The notes below the pieces were generated by a model. The model was not told the DNA's origin and made no database searches. It worked only from the letters and a program-made list of their open reading frames with translations. A DNA stretch of 64,000 nucleotides from Camelus dromedarius (Eukaryota), in assembly GCF_036321535.1 (NCBI RefSeq), contig NC_087436.1, positions 104,594,001 to 104,658,000 on the forward strand, given 5' to 3'. Of the stretch, positions 1 through 11,360 are shown piece by piece. The first letter of the stretch is position 1. Each line of letters opens with the position of its first letter. The translations under genes were made by a program, and so were the position numbers.

Positions 1-599
1 CATGTTGTATTAAATTACAAGTCATTTGTTTGGAACTCAGCACACATTTCCCAAAAGAAACACATTACAAATGGGAGTGGAAGCATTATGTTTCCAACCA
101 GCCCACAAGAGTTTATTTAACCTTTCTAGTAGTCTACCAAGAACACTAATAAGTTATCTGGAACCGTGGGTAGGGCAACAGGTAGGTGGGGAACAAGATA
201 GAATCTTCCTCCCCCTTTCCTGGGTCAGACCTAGATGAAATTTCATGTGGGTCAGAATTCATCTTCGACTCTCTCCAAACTGCTCTTTTTGCTACATCTC
301 CCGTCTACGGGCGTCACTGTCTCCAGGCTTCCTACTCAATACCCAGCTGTGGTCCCTTGCCTGGGTCTTCCCTGTTCTCCTACTATTCTCCTACATAACC
401 TACTTGAGACCTACTTGCCAGTCACGTTTCCCTGAATGCAGGCGAGCACAGCTGATTTTCCACAAGAAACATTCTGATTGAGTTAATTCTTATTAACCTG
501 TGAGTGACAGCCTCTACTATCCCTCCACCTCCATTTCATCGCCCCTCCCTCCCCACCCAGCCTGTCCTCCACCCCAGTGCTAAGCACGGGACTGTTTAC

Positions 600-760
600 A
601 GCACAGAAGTTAAGATGATAGGATTTGGAGACAGACCTAGTCTTGAATCCGGGTTCTACTTCTGAGTTATGTGGCCGAGGAAAAGTAATTTACCTTCTCT
701 AAGCCTCACTTCTCTTATCAGCAAAATGGGAATAATTGTGGTTAATAAGAGAGCTAATAC
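600..760 (+). mobile_element. MIR (representative). Further plus-strand MIRs at about 1640-1800, 11640-11860, 12760-12920, 14000-14200, 27520-27730, 28880-29200, 30480-30660, 37000-37460, 43290-43480, 52640-52720, 54480-54720
   Basis: MIR core CCTCAGTTTCCTCATCTGTAAAATGGG and variants, e.g. CTAAGCCTCACTTCTCTTATCAGCAAAATGGGAATAAT. Confidence 0.8.
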
Positions 761-1241
761 TTCAGAAACACTCAGTGTTATACCACTTATCAGTCACAGA
801 GCTAAGGAAGTTTAGTTCATTAATTCACTTTATCCTCTCAATAACCCCATGAGACAGGTCCTTTTATTATTGACTGTAATAAAGGAGAGTGATTCATGAA
901 AGAGATTCCTAATGGTAAATTAATGGTTATTTATTCTCTGCCTTCCTGCTTCCCAAAAGGCTTTGAGGCCAAATGCAACAATGGCAGAATTTCTGGCGGC
1001 ATGGATGGGAGAGGACAGTCATGCCCAGGAGTAGATTTTTCAGGGCAAAGGAAGTGGGGGGTGGGGTGGGGCTGGGAGTGCTGGGGAGAAGCAGAGGTGG
1101 TGGGGGGCGCCTGTTACCAGATTACTGGGGATTGAAAAGGTATCCTGAGAATCCATTCCCTGCTGTGGTTCCTGTTTCCACAGCTTCTTCCTTTCCTCTG
1201 CCTCTGAATGTGCCGAATCTGCAAGTGGTCCAAGTTTTTTT

Positions 1242-1278
1242 CTAACCCCTTTCTTTCTTTTTTAATTTTTTCACACAG
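1242..1278 (+). promoter_or_regulatory. Strong 3' splice-site signature
   Basis: CTAAC branch point (1242-1246), AG-free pyrimidine tract of about 30 nt, CAG at 1276-1278. Confidence 0.4.
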
Positions 1279-2932
1279 CCCATGGCAGCTGCAAGGTGGT
1301 GGGGGCCGGGCGGATGGCAGCAGCTGTCTGTATGTATGCGGTCTCTGTAGTCTTTCTTTGTGAGGCAGGGGCTGTCTGTATATATCACGAGCTACCACCT
1401 GGCAAGACATTTAGTTCCATCTATGTTGTGTAAATGTTTCCTGGATGATATCATACATGCATAAGGATGGGAGGAACTTCAAGATGTGGATTTCCAGCCC
1501 CTCACTGCCCTACGCTGGAACATCCTAGGGGGATTTTACCCTCTCACTAAGCAGTCAGCTTTAAATTTGCTCCGCAGTCCTTCCCATTGCCCCGAAGCAG
1601 AGATTTGAAAGCCAGGGGGGTATGCATCTGAACAGAAGCAACAGTCGTGGAACACACTGAGCAGGTGGCCGGCTCACCCCTGAGCCCCCTCAGTGGTGTT
1701 CTGGTGATTGAGTAACTTCACTTCTCTGGATCTCAGCTTCTTCTTCTGTCAGACGTGGAGGGTGGGCTGCACTATTCCTGGTCCCTCCTGAGCGTTAGGA
1801 CTCTCCGATAAATTACCCAGGACAGATGGCTGCTCATCCTTTGTGATATCCCCCCAGGGGGCGGACAGTCCACCGTGACCCTTGTAAGCCTGTTCAAAGG
1901 TTTCTCCATCCTTAATACTGAGAAATTTCCCCTTATGCTAACTGCAAATTTCTTGGAATTTGAAGGTTTTTTTTTTTTATTGTTTTGGTTGTCATTTTTA
2001 TCAGGACTTCTGAAAATATAGATAGAACTCTACTCTGTATTCCTATTTCAGTGATATTTTTGTACATATAGTGACATGTCTTTTTAAAGTTTTCAAAGAA
2101 TTAATAGCAGTGAAAATCTATTTTTTATGACATTTATATTTAAAAGATATTTCACATATACCTTTTATTAGAATCTTAAGCTAAAAATAAGAAGGTAAAT
2201 TCTATTCGTTTTTATAAGTGAAGAGATTCAGGATGAATAAACCTCAATTCCTTCAACAATATTTCTTCCTACAGTTACTAAGTGAAAGAGTCGGGACTCA
2301 AACCCAGGCCTTTACTCAGAGTCTAGTGCTCAGGTCACAAGAATTCATACTTAATTTAAACCAGCACCGCCAGCCAACATATGAGATCCGACTGCCTGAG
2401 TTTCTGCTGTGTTCTGGGTGTCTTACTAGGTGCTTCGCATACAGCAAACATTTCAAATTCTTGAAACAACTATGCAACGAGAGTATTATCACCCTCAGTT
2501 GAGAGATGGAAAAAAATGGAAGTTTGGCGAGATTGAGTATTAAGGAGTTTCCTGATGGCTGTGTGCTGAATGCAAAATTCAAACCCAAGCCCATCTTTTT
2601 CTTGGTGCTATCTTTCACTTAAATACGCATTGTCTAAAACAAGGCCCATTATAATTTAATCTTCAGGATTTTTTAAGGTCACACGAATTATATTTCCATG
2701 GAAGTACAGTTAACAGAAATGCTTGACTGGTGGAATTCCATTCAGCCGACTCGAGCCTCACTTAGTTACTTTTAATTTTTCCTGTTGTGAAATACTCTGC
2801 TTCTTGGTCTTTCTTTTCTGAGGTTTTTCTCTATTCTTTCAAAAATATGTTTTTACTCCTTTTTTTCCCTGGGTCCTGTTAAAATGTCTCTACTTCACAT
2901 TTAAGAGATTGGCATTTAAAGGGAGCATGGTA

Positions 2933-3068
2933 GGGGGAGGGTGTAGCTCAGTGGTAGAGTGCATGCTTAGCATGTATGAGGTCCTGGGTTCAATCCCCAG
3001 TATCTCCATTCACAATAAATAAATAAAATAAACCTAATCACTTCCCCCTCAAAAAAAGTAAATAAAAA
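2933..3068 (+). mobile_element. Vic-1-type tRNA-derived camelid SINE
   Basis: GGGGGAGGGTGTAGCTCAGTGGTAGAG (A box), GGTTCAATCCCC (B box), AATAAAT-rich tail. 16-bp TSD with one mismatch: TAAAGGGAGCATGGTA (2917-2932) and TAAAGTGAGCATGGTA (3069-3084). Confidence 0.92.
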
Positions 3069-3299
3069 TAAAGTGAGCATGGTATTCTTAATTAGAACTT
3101 GGATGATCTCCAGTAGAAGAATGGGGTTTTCGCTTGTCTTTTCCTTCCCAAATTCCAGGTTGCATGTTCCAAGATCATTTTAAGTTTATTCACAATCCAT
3201 TTTCCTGACAATTTACCTAGCTAACCCTTGCCCATTTTGTATCTGCATAACTCACTGCCTATTCTTCAACACTCTAACTTCATCTATGAAATGGGGATA

Positions 3300-3881
3300 C
3301 TGTGTACAATGTGGGGAGTATAGCCAATAATTATATAGTAGCCTTGTATAGGAACAAATGGTAACTAGACTTATCACAATGATCATTTTGAAACGTATAG
3401 AAATATTGAATCACTGTGTTGAGTAACGGAAACTAACATTGCATTGTAGGTCAATTATACTTCAAAAATAAACAAACACAGAGAAAAAGAGATCAGATTT
3501 GTGGTTACTGAAGGCAGGGGGTTGGGGGCAGGGGGACTTGCATGAAGGAAGTCAAAAGGTACAGACTTCCAGCTATAAGGTAAATGAGTACTAGGGATGT
3601 AATGCACAACATGACCAATATAATTAACACTGCTGCACGTTATATATGAAAGTTGTTAAGAGAGTAAATCCTTAGAGTTCTCATCACAAGGAAATCTTTT
3701 TTATTTTTTTCCTATTTCTTTAAAGTTGCATCTGTATGAGAAGATGGATGTTCATTGAACTTATTGTGGTCATCATTTCATGATATATGCCAGTCAGATC
3801 ATCATGCTTCACCCCATAAACTCGTAGAGCACTGTTTGTCAATTATATAATCAGTAAAACTGGAAGGAAAAAAACCAAGGG
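3300..3881 (+). mobile_element. 5'-truncated L1 3' end inserted into a MIR
   Basis: L1 3' UTR ending AAAACTGGAAGGAAAAAAA. TSD ATGGGGATA at 3291-3299 and 3882-3890. The MIR (CATCTATGAAATGGGGATA...ATGATTCCTG) resumes after the insertion. Confidence 0.88.
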
Positions 3882-6122
3882 ATGGGGATAATGATTCCTG
3901 TCCTTTCTACATTTCACAGATTTGGTGATGTTCAAACAAACAACGTGTGGGGAAATCACTCGGAAAAGTATAAAGAACCATGGGCACAGAGAATTATAGT
4001 ATATTTTGCTTTAGAAAAACTTAAACTGTAGAAATGGAGCTAAACAACAGGGATTGTTCGGGGAGGAGAAGATTTGGATGTTCTGGATTTATTTGTTTGC
4101 TATATGTCATGTATACTAATTATATAAAATAATTTAATATGTTATTAAATAATTTTAAAAGAAGGGCTTTATATGCATTATTTAGAGTAATGCCCTTTTC
4201 AGACCATAGCCTGACGTGGGTAAGTGTTGCTTAGACACAGGATTGATGCCTTCTGGTTTTTTGCCTGTAGATTCTTGGCTGTTCTACAAACCCCACACCT
4301 GATATTGTTACGCCTCGTGTCAGCCCTCTCTTGCAGAAGTTCCCATATCTTCCAGTATAAGGAAATATTTTCTAAATATTAACTCTTTTTGTGCAGTTCC
4401 ATGATGACAATGAACTCTGGCATCCATTGAGAAAATGCTCAAGGGCAACAAGGACATTACAAATTCAGTAAAATCTCTAAATGGATTCACATTTAGTTTA
4501 TTACAACTGCATCCATATAAATACAAAATATGCAGACATGTCTGAGACACTCTTCCATCAGGCATGTATATGACACTCAGGAAATATTTGTCAAATAAAT
4601 GCATGGATAAGAAGAGAATATAAATATGCAGGCAATGCTTCTGATATATGTGGATATTTTTGACTTTTTTTTCATAAATTCATTCCCAACCCCTGCCCTG
4701 GTGACCAGAGCTCAGAGCTTGGAAACTCCTTGGATAGCTTACCAAAGACCCAGTATACAGTAGGCACTCTCCAGTCATGTACTGAACATACGTATGAATG
4801 AATGCTACTCTTGTCTCTTAATTAGATTACAATTTGGAGGACAGCAAGGACATTGCAGGCCCTTGGGCGTCCCCAGCAGAACCCAACACTGTGCAAAGAG
4901 AGAGCTGCCTGCTTCCAAATAAACTAGGAACTTGATCCGTGTTACCTACCAACAGATGCACGTCTGGAAGACCTTATTGAAAAGGAAACATTTAAAATTT
5001 AAAATACCTAGAAGGAATAGAGTTGTCTTTGATTCTAGAACATTCCTTGTGTTTCCCTGTGAGAGTAAGTGAAAGAAAGGACAGAGTAAGAGAAGCATGA
5101 GGAGAAGGGGAAGGGCCCACGAAGCAGTGCTGTTGGCTGTGAGGACGGGAGAGCATCTCATTAGGGGCATAGAAACCTCATCTCTTGAAGCCCGCCTCAG
5201 TCTCTGCTGAGTAACCTGAGGCCTCCTCAGAGAGAAGGCGATGTACCCAGCACGCTCCCAGGTGGAGATGAACGGGCAGAGGAGAGAGTTCACTGCGTCT
5301 TGAAGTGGCAGTGCAAAAGCAATTTACTTATTCATAGATCATAAACTAAAACATATTAGGTATTTTATGGGCAGTGTGACATCGAGAATTCATTAGAGGA
5401 TTCACTCACCTCAACAATGCTGGGTAGAGCAGTCTGATCATCTTGGAGAGAAACTCTTAATATGGGTTCTTTTTGGAGGCTCGGGTGCAGAAAGAGACAG
5501 CCTTGTGCACCCTGAATCTGGTGCCCACTTCACCTTGCAACAAAGGAAGTGAAAGTGTCAAAATGAAGAGAAGAAAGTCAACATTCTCTCTGAGGGGAAA
5601 AATGCAGACATAAGCTTTTTTTTTTTTTTGGTGGGGTGGCGTGTTCGGAAGTGCTTTGATTACAGAGGATATCTGTAAAGGCAAATAAGAAATCATCTTT
5701 TTTTTATTTCTCCTTTTTCCCTGGGCTTGTCCTGAAATCTGAGGCCTGATTTTTATGTAAGAGTGGCCTGCAAAACAAATTACCAAAGGGGAAAAGGAAA
5801 GAAGTGATGTTACAGCTGCTTTAGGTTAATTTGATTTTCTTTCATGTTTCCTGGCTGCCTTGATATTCCTGACCTCAGTTAGTTCTGTAGAATTGAAGTC
5901 ATTGGGTGAACTGGGTCCCCCAACCCTAGACAGAACCTTAACTGTAGAACTGTAAAACGTCACAGAACTGTAAAACGTAAGTGACGTTGAACGCGTGACT
6001 AGTTGAAGAAAAGGGATGAATGAATCAGCAGTGGGATGTTGGTCAAGACCCCTGACCTCTCTGGCCCTTTCTAGCCCCTCTTAAGTGACATCGTGCAGCT
6101 CATGAACCCACTGGCCTTGCCA

Positions 6123-6222
6123 TAAGGTGACCAACTTGTCCCAGGCTTTGTCAACTTTAGCAGGGAAAGCCTCTGTCCTGGGAACCCCCTGATAAAGGTA
6201 GACTGGGACAGAGATCACCCTG
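6123..6222. mobile_element. MER96/MER91-like hAT MITE
   Basis: Terminal inverted repeats AGGTGACCAACTTGTCCCA...TGGGACAGAGATCACCCT. Confidence 0.65.
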
Positions 6223-6479
6223 GGCCCCTGTGACCCTTGCTGTGTTTCCAGGGTAAACTGATGAGCAAAACCCTGAGCCTTGAGCTGCCCTATCCTGCAC
6301 CCCTCCCTTCACCTTATCAGTGGGGAATGGATTGGGGTATGTCACAGACGCTAACGATCGTTTTTGCCAATTCACCTTTCCTCATCACCTCCTTCATTGT
6401 TAGCAGAGTCCTGATTTTATCCTTTTGTTCCCCTGCCGACTGTGCCCAGAAAAGGTGACTGTAACCCCAGGTCACCAAG

Positions 6480-7050
6480 ATGGGGAGAGATCTTGATTAA
6501 CCTAAGCCAAGCATGCAATTGCACTCTCCTTGCCAGAGACTGAGTTAGCAGGGAAACATGGTATGCACTGGTATGGTATTGCTAGCTATTAAAACATTGA
6601 CATGCTCTATAACGTTTGGTAAAGAAATGTCCCAGTGCCCCAGGTCCTGCCCCAGGAATGCTGTGCTAAACCTCCCCCATTCAGCTACTAAAGAGTTAAT
6701 GTCTAGCAACACTGGGGGCTTCCTGGACCCTGGCTCCGGGTCTTCTGCTTTGTTGGTTCGATGCCCTTTCCTTTATATATTATTTAATTTATAGACTAAC
6801 TTGCCTGCGTGTGACCTAATTCTGGGGACAGGTGGCAGCAAAAACAGCTCCATCCTCTTTCCTAAGGACAATGGTCCCAGTAGCTGCTATCAGGGTCCTG
6901 GGTCATGGTGCAGTCTCAGTGCTGCTGTTCACCACGGCAGAGCATGATTCTGTGGCCGTAGTTCTATGATGTGCTGGGCATAGCCTCTAAGCTTCACGGT
7001 GCCCTGGTTTTTCAGGTGATACAATCTTTTAATAAACTCCTTTTCTGCTT
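6480..7050 (+). mobile_element. ERVL/MaLR-type LTR (LTR33-like), truncated by the adjacent MLT1
   Basis: Ends TTTAATAAACTCCTTTTCTGCTTAA, typical of ERVL LTR 3' ends. The body is highly diverged. Confidence 0.5.
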
Positions 7051-7055
7051 AATTC

Positions 7056-7530
7056 ACTATGCCAGTTAACTTTCATATGTACCACGCCACCCAAAACTTA
7101 ATAATGCCAAACAATAACCATTTATCCAGCTGTGGGTCATCAGTCTGGACTTGGCTCAGTTGGGCTCAACCGTGTATCTGCTGGGTTGGCTGAAACTGGC
7201 TGAACCAGGGTGACCTTAGCTCAGATGGCTCATTTCTGCTCCGTGTGATCTATCATCCTAGCAGATGAGTCCTCCAGGGACTTGATCACAAGGTGATCAT
7301 ATACTGAGCACATGGTGGTGGCAGCCTTCCGAAGGAAAAGGTAGTGATAGGGTACAAAGCCTCCTGAGCCCCAGAACTGGCAGCATCACTTCTGCCCCAT
7401 TCTGTTGGTCAAAGCAAGTCACAAACCCAGACCAGATTCAAGGGCTGGAGAAATGGTCTCTGTGACTCGAGAGTGTGAGTGTAGAAACAGGGAGAGTAGT
7501 GTCTGGAGACATTTTTGCCAGTTACCACAA
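7056..7530 (-). mobile_element. MLT1F/G/H-like LTR
   Basis: CACCCAAAACTTAATAATGCCAAACAATAACCATTT...CATTCTGTTGGTCAAAGCAAGTCACAAACCCAGACCAGATTCAAGGG. Confidence 0.78.
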
Positions 7531-7907
7531 TCATTCAGAGCTTGTATTTGGTGCTCTAACTGCAATAAGACAGCAGAAGACCAGGGCGAGGGGAGGCCCC
7601 TTTCTCCTTAATAGACTCAGGGACACTGTGGGAGAACCAGGGTGGATGAGAGCTGCCTCAGTTCTGGGAGCGAAGGCCTGGTTTGAGGGAGATGCATAGG
7701 AAGAAGGTTATGAAATACCATCAGGCTCTACTTTGATTTCCTCACATTTAGATGTGGTGGTTCATGATTCATCCCACACTCTTCTCCCATCTTGCGAAGT
7801 TTACTTTCAAGTTTCCTCCCCACTCAAGTAAAAGTGAAAATGAAAGCCAAGATCAGTTAGATGAATGCTTTTCTTATATTGCCTGAGTTCTAAAAGGGGT
7901 TGAGTTT

Positions 7908-7966
7908 AAAGAGAGAGAAACAGAGACAGAGAGGGAGAGAGAGGGAGAGAAAGAAAGAGAGAGGAT
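7908..7966. repeat. GA-rich low-complexity tract
   Basis: AAAGAGAGAGAAACAGAGACAGAGAGGGAGAGAGAGGGAGAGAAAGAAAGAGAGAGG. Confidence 0.85.
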
Positions 7967-8439
7967 AAGTGAGTCTTCTTAAAAGTCACAAGGAAGGGCA
8001 TTAGATCCTTTTTGGGCTGTGGGATACTCAGAAAGAGAAGTGACTTTTAGTTCCTCATCTTTCAAGGATGTGAATGGCCTTAGGCAAGGAGTGAAGAATC
8101 AGATGTGCTTGTGGGTTTTCCCAGTAAAGCTAAGGATGACACACGGTCTTAGAATTCAAGTTAACTAGGAGTAATTCAAAGTCTACTGACTTGGCAGAAT
8201 TCTCTTTAGTTGCCAGTCTATAAATCAAGGAAAAAGTTGGGAGAAAATTGAGCCAAGAGGACATTTACATTGGAGACTCCATGAGGGTGAGGTTGGTACC
8301 TTCTTTTCACCCTTTCTTCCTCTGCAGAGGCCGGCATGGTGTTCTGTGTACAAGGAACGTTCAAATATACTTACCAACTATGCTTGCCTCTTGCCTCAGA
8401 AATCTAGAGGGTCAAACTTTTCAATGGGGACTTTTATTC

Positions 8440-8660
8440 ATTAGGAATTTGGAGGTTATGGGATTAAGAGATACAAATAACTGTGTATAAAATGGACAAG
8501 TAACAGGGATATACTGTATAGCACAGGGAATTATACCCATTATCTTATAATAACTTTTAATGAATTAAAATCTGTAAAAATACTGAATCACTATGCTATA
8601 CACCTATAACTAATATAATATTGAAAATCAACTATACTTCAACAAAAATTTTTTAAAAAG
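8440..8660 (+). mobile_element. L1 3' end (artiodactyl type)
   Basis: ATACTGTATAGCACAGGGAATTATACCCATTATCTTATAATAAC...CAACTATACTTCAA followed by an A-rich tail. Confidence 0.88.
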
Positions 8661-9001
8661 AAGGAACAGAAAGCAAAGCTAGTTATCTTGAAGAGAAATG
8701 GAACTGATCTGAAGGATACCAGGGAAGCTCATCAAATATAAGGAACTAGAACAACCAGGCCTTGAAAAGAGCAGAACCAAGGCAACCCCAGACCCTCAGC
8801 AATGACAGTAGTTGGGCCAGCCATCTACAGCACTGCTGCGATGCGAGTGGGAATGTGATTGGCCCAGTCTCACACAGGGCTCACTCTTGACCAAGAAACT
8901 ATGGCCAAGGGAGCAGGGCAGCTATGACTTAGGGGCAATGCCTAGAGATTGGGGATTTACTGTGAACCCAGCAGCCACCCAAAGAACCACCTGTGAAAGA
9001 C

Positions 9002-9525
9002 TGTGAATGAGTTACCTTTTGTGCATGACAAACCATCTCAAAACTGTTTAAGACAACAACTGTGTTACTTGCTCATGATTCTGTGGGTTAGCAATTTGGG
9101 CTGGGCTCAGCCAGGTGGCTCATCTGTTGGTTTCACTTGGGGTCAATTTTATGGCTGCCGGTATCTGGTAGCTTAACTGAGGCTGGTTGGTCCAAAATGG
9201 TTTCACTTACACGTCTGGAAGTTAGTGTTTGTTACCAGCTGAAAAAAACCTACTGCTACTCCATGTGGTTTCTCATCCTCTAGTAGGCTACCCTGAGGTT
9301 CTTTACGTGGTGGTCTCAGGGAGGCAAGAGAGGGCACACTCCAGTGTGCCTCTGTCTAAATCACATTTGCTCTTGACCTGTTGATCAAAGTAAATTACAA
9401 AGCCAAGCCTAGAGTCAAGGTGTCAAGAAATGAACTCTATTTTGTGGTGGGGGGAGGAACAAAATCATAAAACAATGAAGAATGCATACAGGGATTGCAT
9501 AAATTTATGACTACTTTTTGTCACT
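9002..9525 (-). mobile_element. MLT1F/G/H-like LTR
   Basis: ACAAACCATCTCAAAAC...GCTCATGATTCTGTGGGTTAGCAATTTGGGCTGGGCTCAGC...TGTTGATCAAAGTAAATTACAAAGCCAAGCCTAGAGTCAAGG. Confidence 0.8.
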
Positions 9526-9809
9526 CACCTCACTTTATACTGGTCTCCGTGTATTCCCTAAAATAGCATAATTAATTTTTCCTTAAAAAGTAAATAGGCT
9601 GCTTAGAGCATTAATATTAACCTATAGGAAGATTTAGTTTTAACCAGAAACCCCAATTCCATATTTGTCTGAGTAAATCTGGAACTGGATAAATCATTAG
9701 CCTGATGCTTGAGACTCAATCTGATGGGTTTTTGAAATGCAATTCTTTGTCAGCTGATACACATAACACCAGATTGTCAACTTGACCTTAGATTCCATTA
9801 ATGACAGTA

Positions 9810-10010
9810 GTCATTCCTTGAGTAGGTATTGTGCACTAGGTAGTGTTATACAAGGTCTTTAATCCTTGCAATACTCTGTGAAGTGGGAATTATTATCCCC
9901 ATTTTATGGTTGAGGGACTGCAGCCCACAGGTTAAATTTCTTGCCTCCATTATAGAAGTTGTTCACATCAGAGACAGGGTTTGAAATCAGGTCTGCCTGA
10001 ATCCCTGGGC
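9810..10010 (-). mobile_element. MIR (representative). Further minus-strand MIRs at about 2190-2510, 10930-11160, 13740-13910, 22420-22640, 23440-23640, 23770-23940, 45520-45780, 46810-46960, 49280-49520, 59900-60140
   Basis: Antisense core TATTATCCCCATTTTA..GATGAGGAAACTGAG and variants. Confidence 0.8.
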
Positions 10011-11242
10011 TCTATCTACCCTTTTTGGCACCTCACTGATATTTGTTTGTGTCCAGGAGAGAATCTGAATTACATGGATAACATGGTGAAGAAACACACA
10101 CTGTACTGTCTTCTCAACATGGTCAATATGGTGAATGGAGAGAAAATGTCAACGTGTCAATGGTCAAATGGAATTTCTTTCTTCTGTGTCTTCATTGAAG
10201 AAACCTCAAGGATTACCAGGCCTGATCTTCAGGCTTCCACTGTGGAAGCAGTTGCATGTTTGAAAAGCCTTCCTTACTGATTTTCTTAAGAAAAAGGTGA
10301 GGAGATCAATGACTCAGAGAGCATGGACCTCAGGTTGACTCGTGGGTCCCCTGCTCCACACCTCGGCTTGAGGGCTGAAGGGCTGAGAAAAAGATGGTAT
10401 TTTATTGGTCACTTAGAAAATGTTTTAGTAACTGTAGGAGTTAGTTGGAAATGGTCAAAATACATAATTTTTGTTTAATAACTGGAATAAATACATATAA
10501 GGAAATGATTGGTATAAATATATACAAGCATGTGTATTTACCTCTCAGTTTCAAAGGATTGTGATCCACATGTTTGCTGGGAGTTGAGTATTTGGAACTT
10601 GGTTTGCATTTTCCCCTATAAATGATATTTCTAAAAATAATTAGTTTCCAAAACTTGTCTCTGGTTTGTTTAACTCTTAACATTCTTCAAGCTCAGTCTA
10701 GTTTTCAAGCCACCCAATCTCCATTTCCAAACCATGTTCTCAGGATGAAGATATATGCTGAGGCCCCAGTCAGATCAGGAAACACATACAAGTGGAAGCC
10801 AGCACCTCCCCTGGAGTCAGCATGGAAGGTGTGTGTGGGCAGGGGGTGAGGGGCAGGGATTACAGGCAAAGGGCAAGGGCAGGCAGGAAAGCAGAGGATC
10901 CACGCCATGTTTTTTGGGTAAATTCTTAAAGGAACTAATATCCATCAAGTACCTATTATATGCCAGGCCCTGTCCAAGATACTTGTCAAACGATCCCAAT
11001 TTCTGCTCCCAATAGTCCAGTGAGGTAGGCATAATTATCTTATGTGTTCCATTTTATAGGTGCAGACTTTCTCAAGCAACTCACCCAGTCCCCAATCTAG
11101 TAAGTAGCAAAGTTGAAACTTGAACTCAGATCTGTTTCCTTCCAAAGTCTTTGTTGTTTCCATTCCCCGAGATACTGTTTGTCTGCTGTCAGAGTGGGAG
11201 GTAGACCTAGTATCTTCATTTGTGCACCAAGAAGAGGGTGGT

Positions 11243-11360
11243 GGGGGTGAGTATAGCTAAGTGGTAGAGCATGTGCTTAGCATGCACGAGGTCTTAGGTT
11301 CAATACCCAGTACCTCCATCAAGAAGGAAAAGGAGGAGGAGGAGGAGAAGGAGAAAGGTA
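11243..11360 (+). mobile_element. Vic-1-type SINE head with GA/GGA-rich tail
   Basis: TATAGCTAAGTGGTAGAGCATGTGCTTAGCATGCACGAGGTCTTAGGTTCAATACCCAGTACCTCCA, then a (GGA)n-like tail. No convincing TSD. Confidence 0.88.

Noticed and set aside
2933-3006. tRNA-like genes (also 11243 and 41600-41672)
   Set aside because: These are SINE heads: they have A/B boxes but also SINE tails and TSDs, and no intact acceptor stem.
4203-4219. 17-nt micro-exon candidate (TTTTCAG|...TGG|GTAAGT)
   Set aside because: Short pyrimidine tract and not frame-preserving; consistent with a chance pseudoexon.
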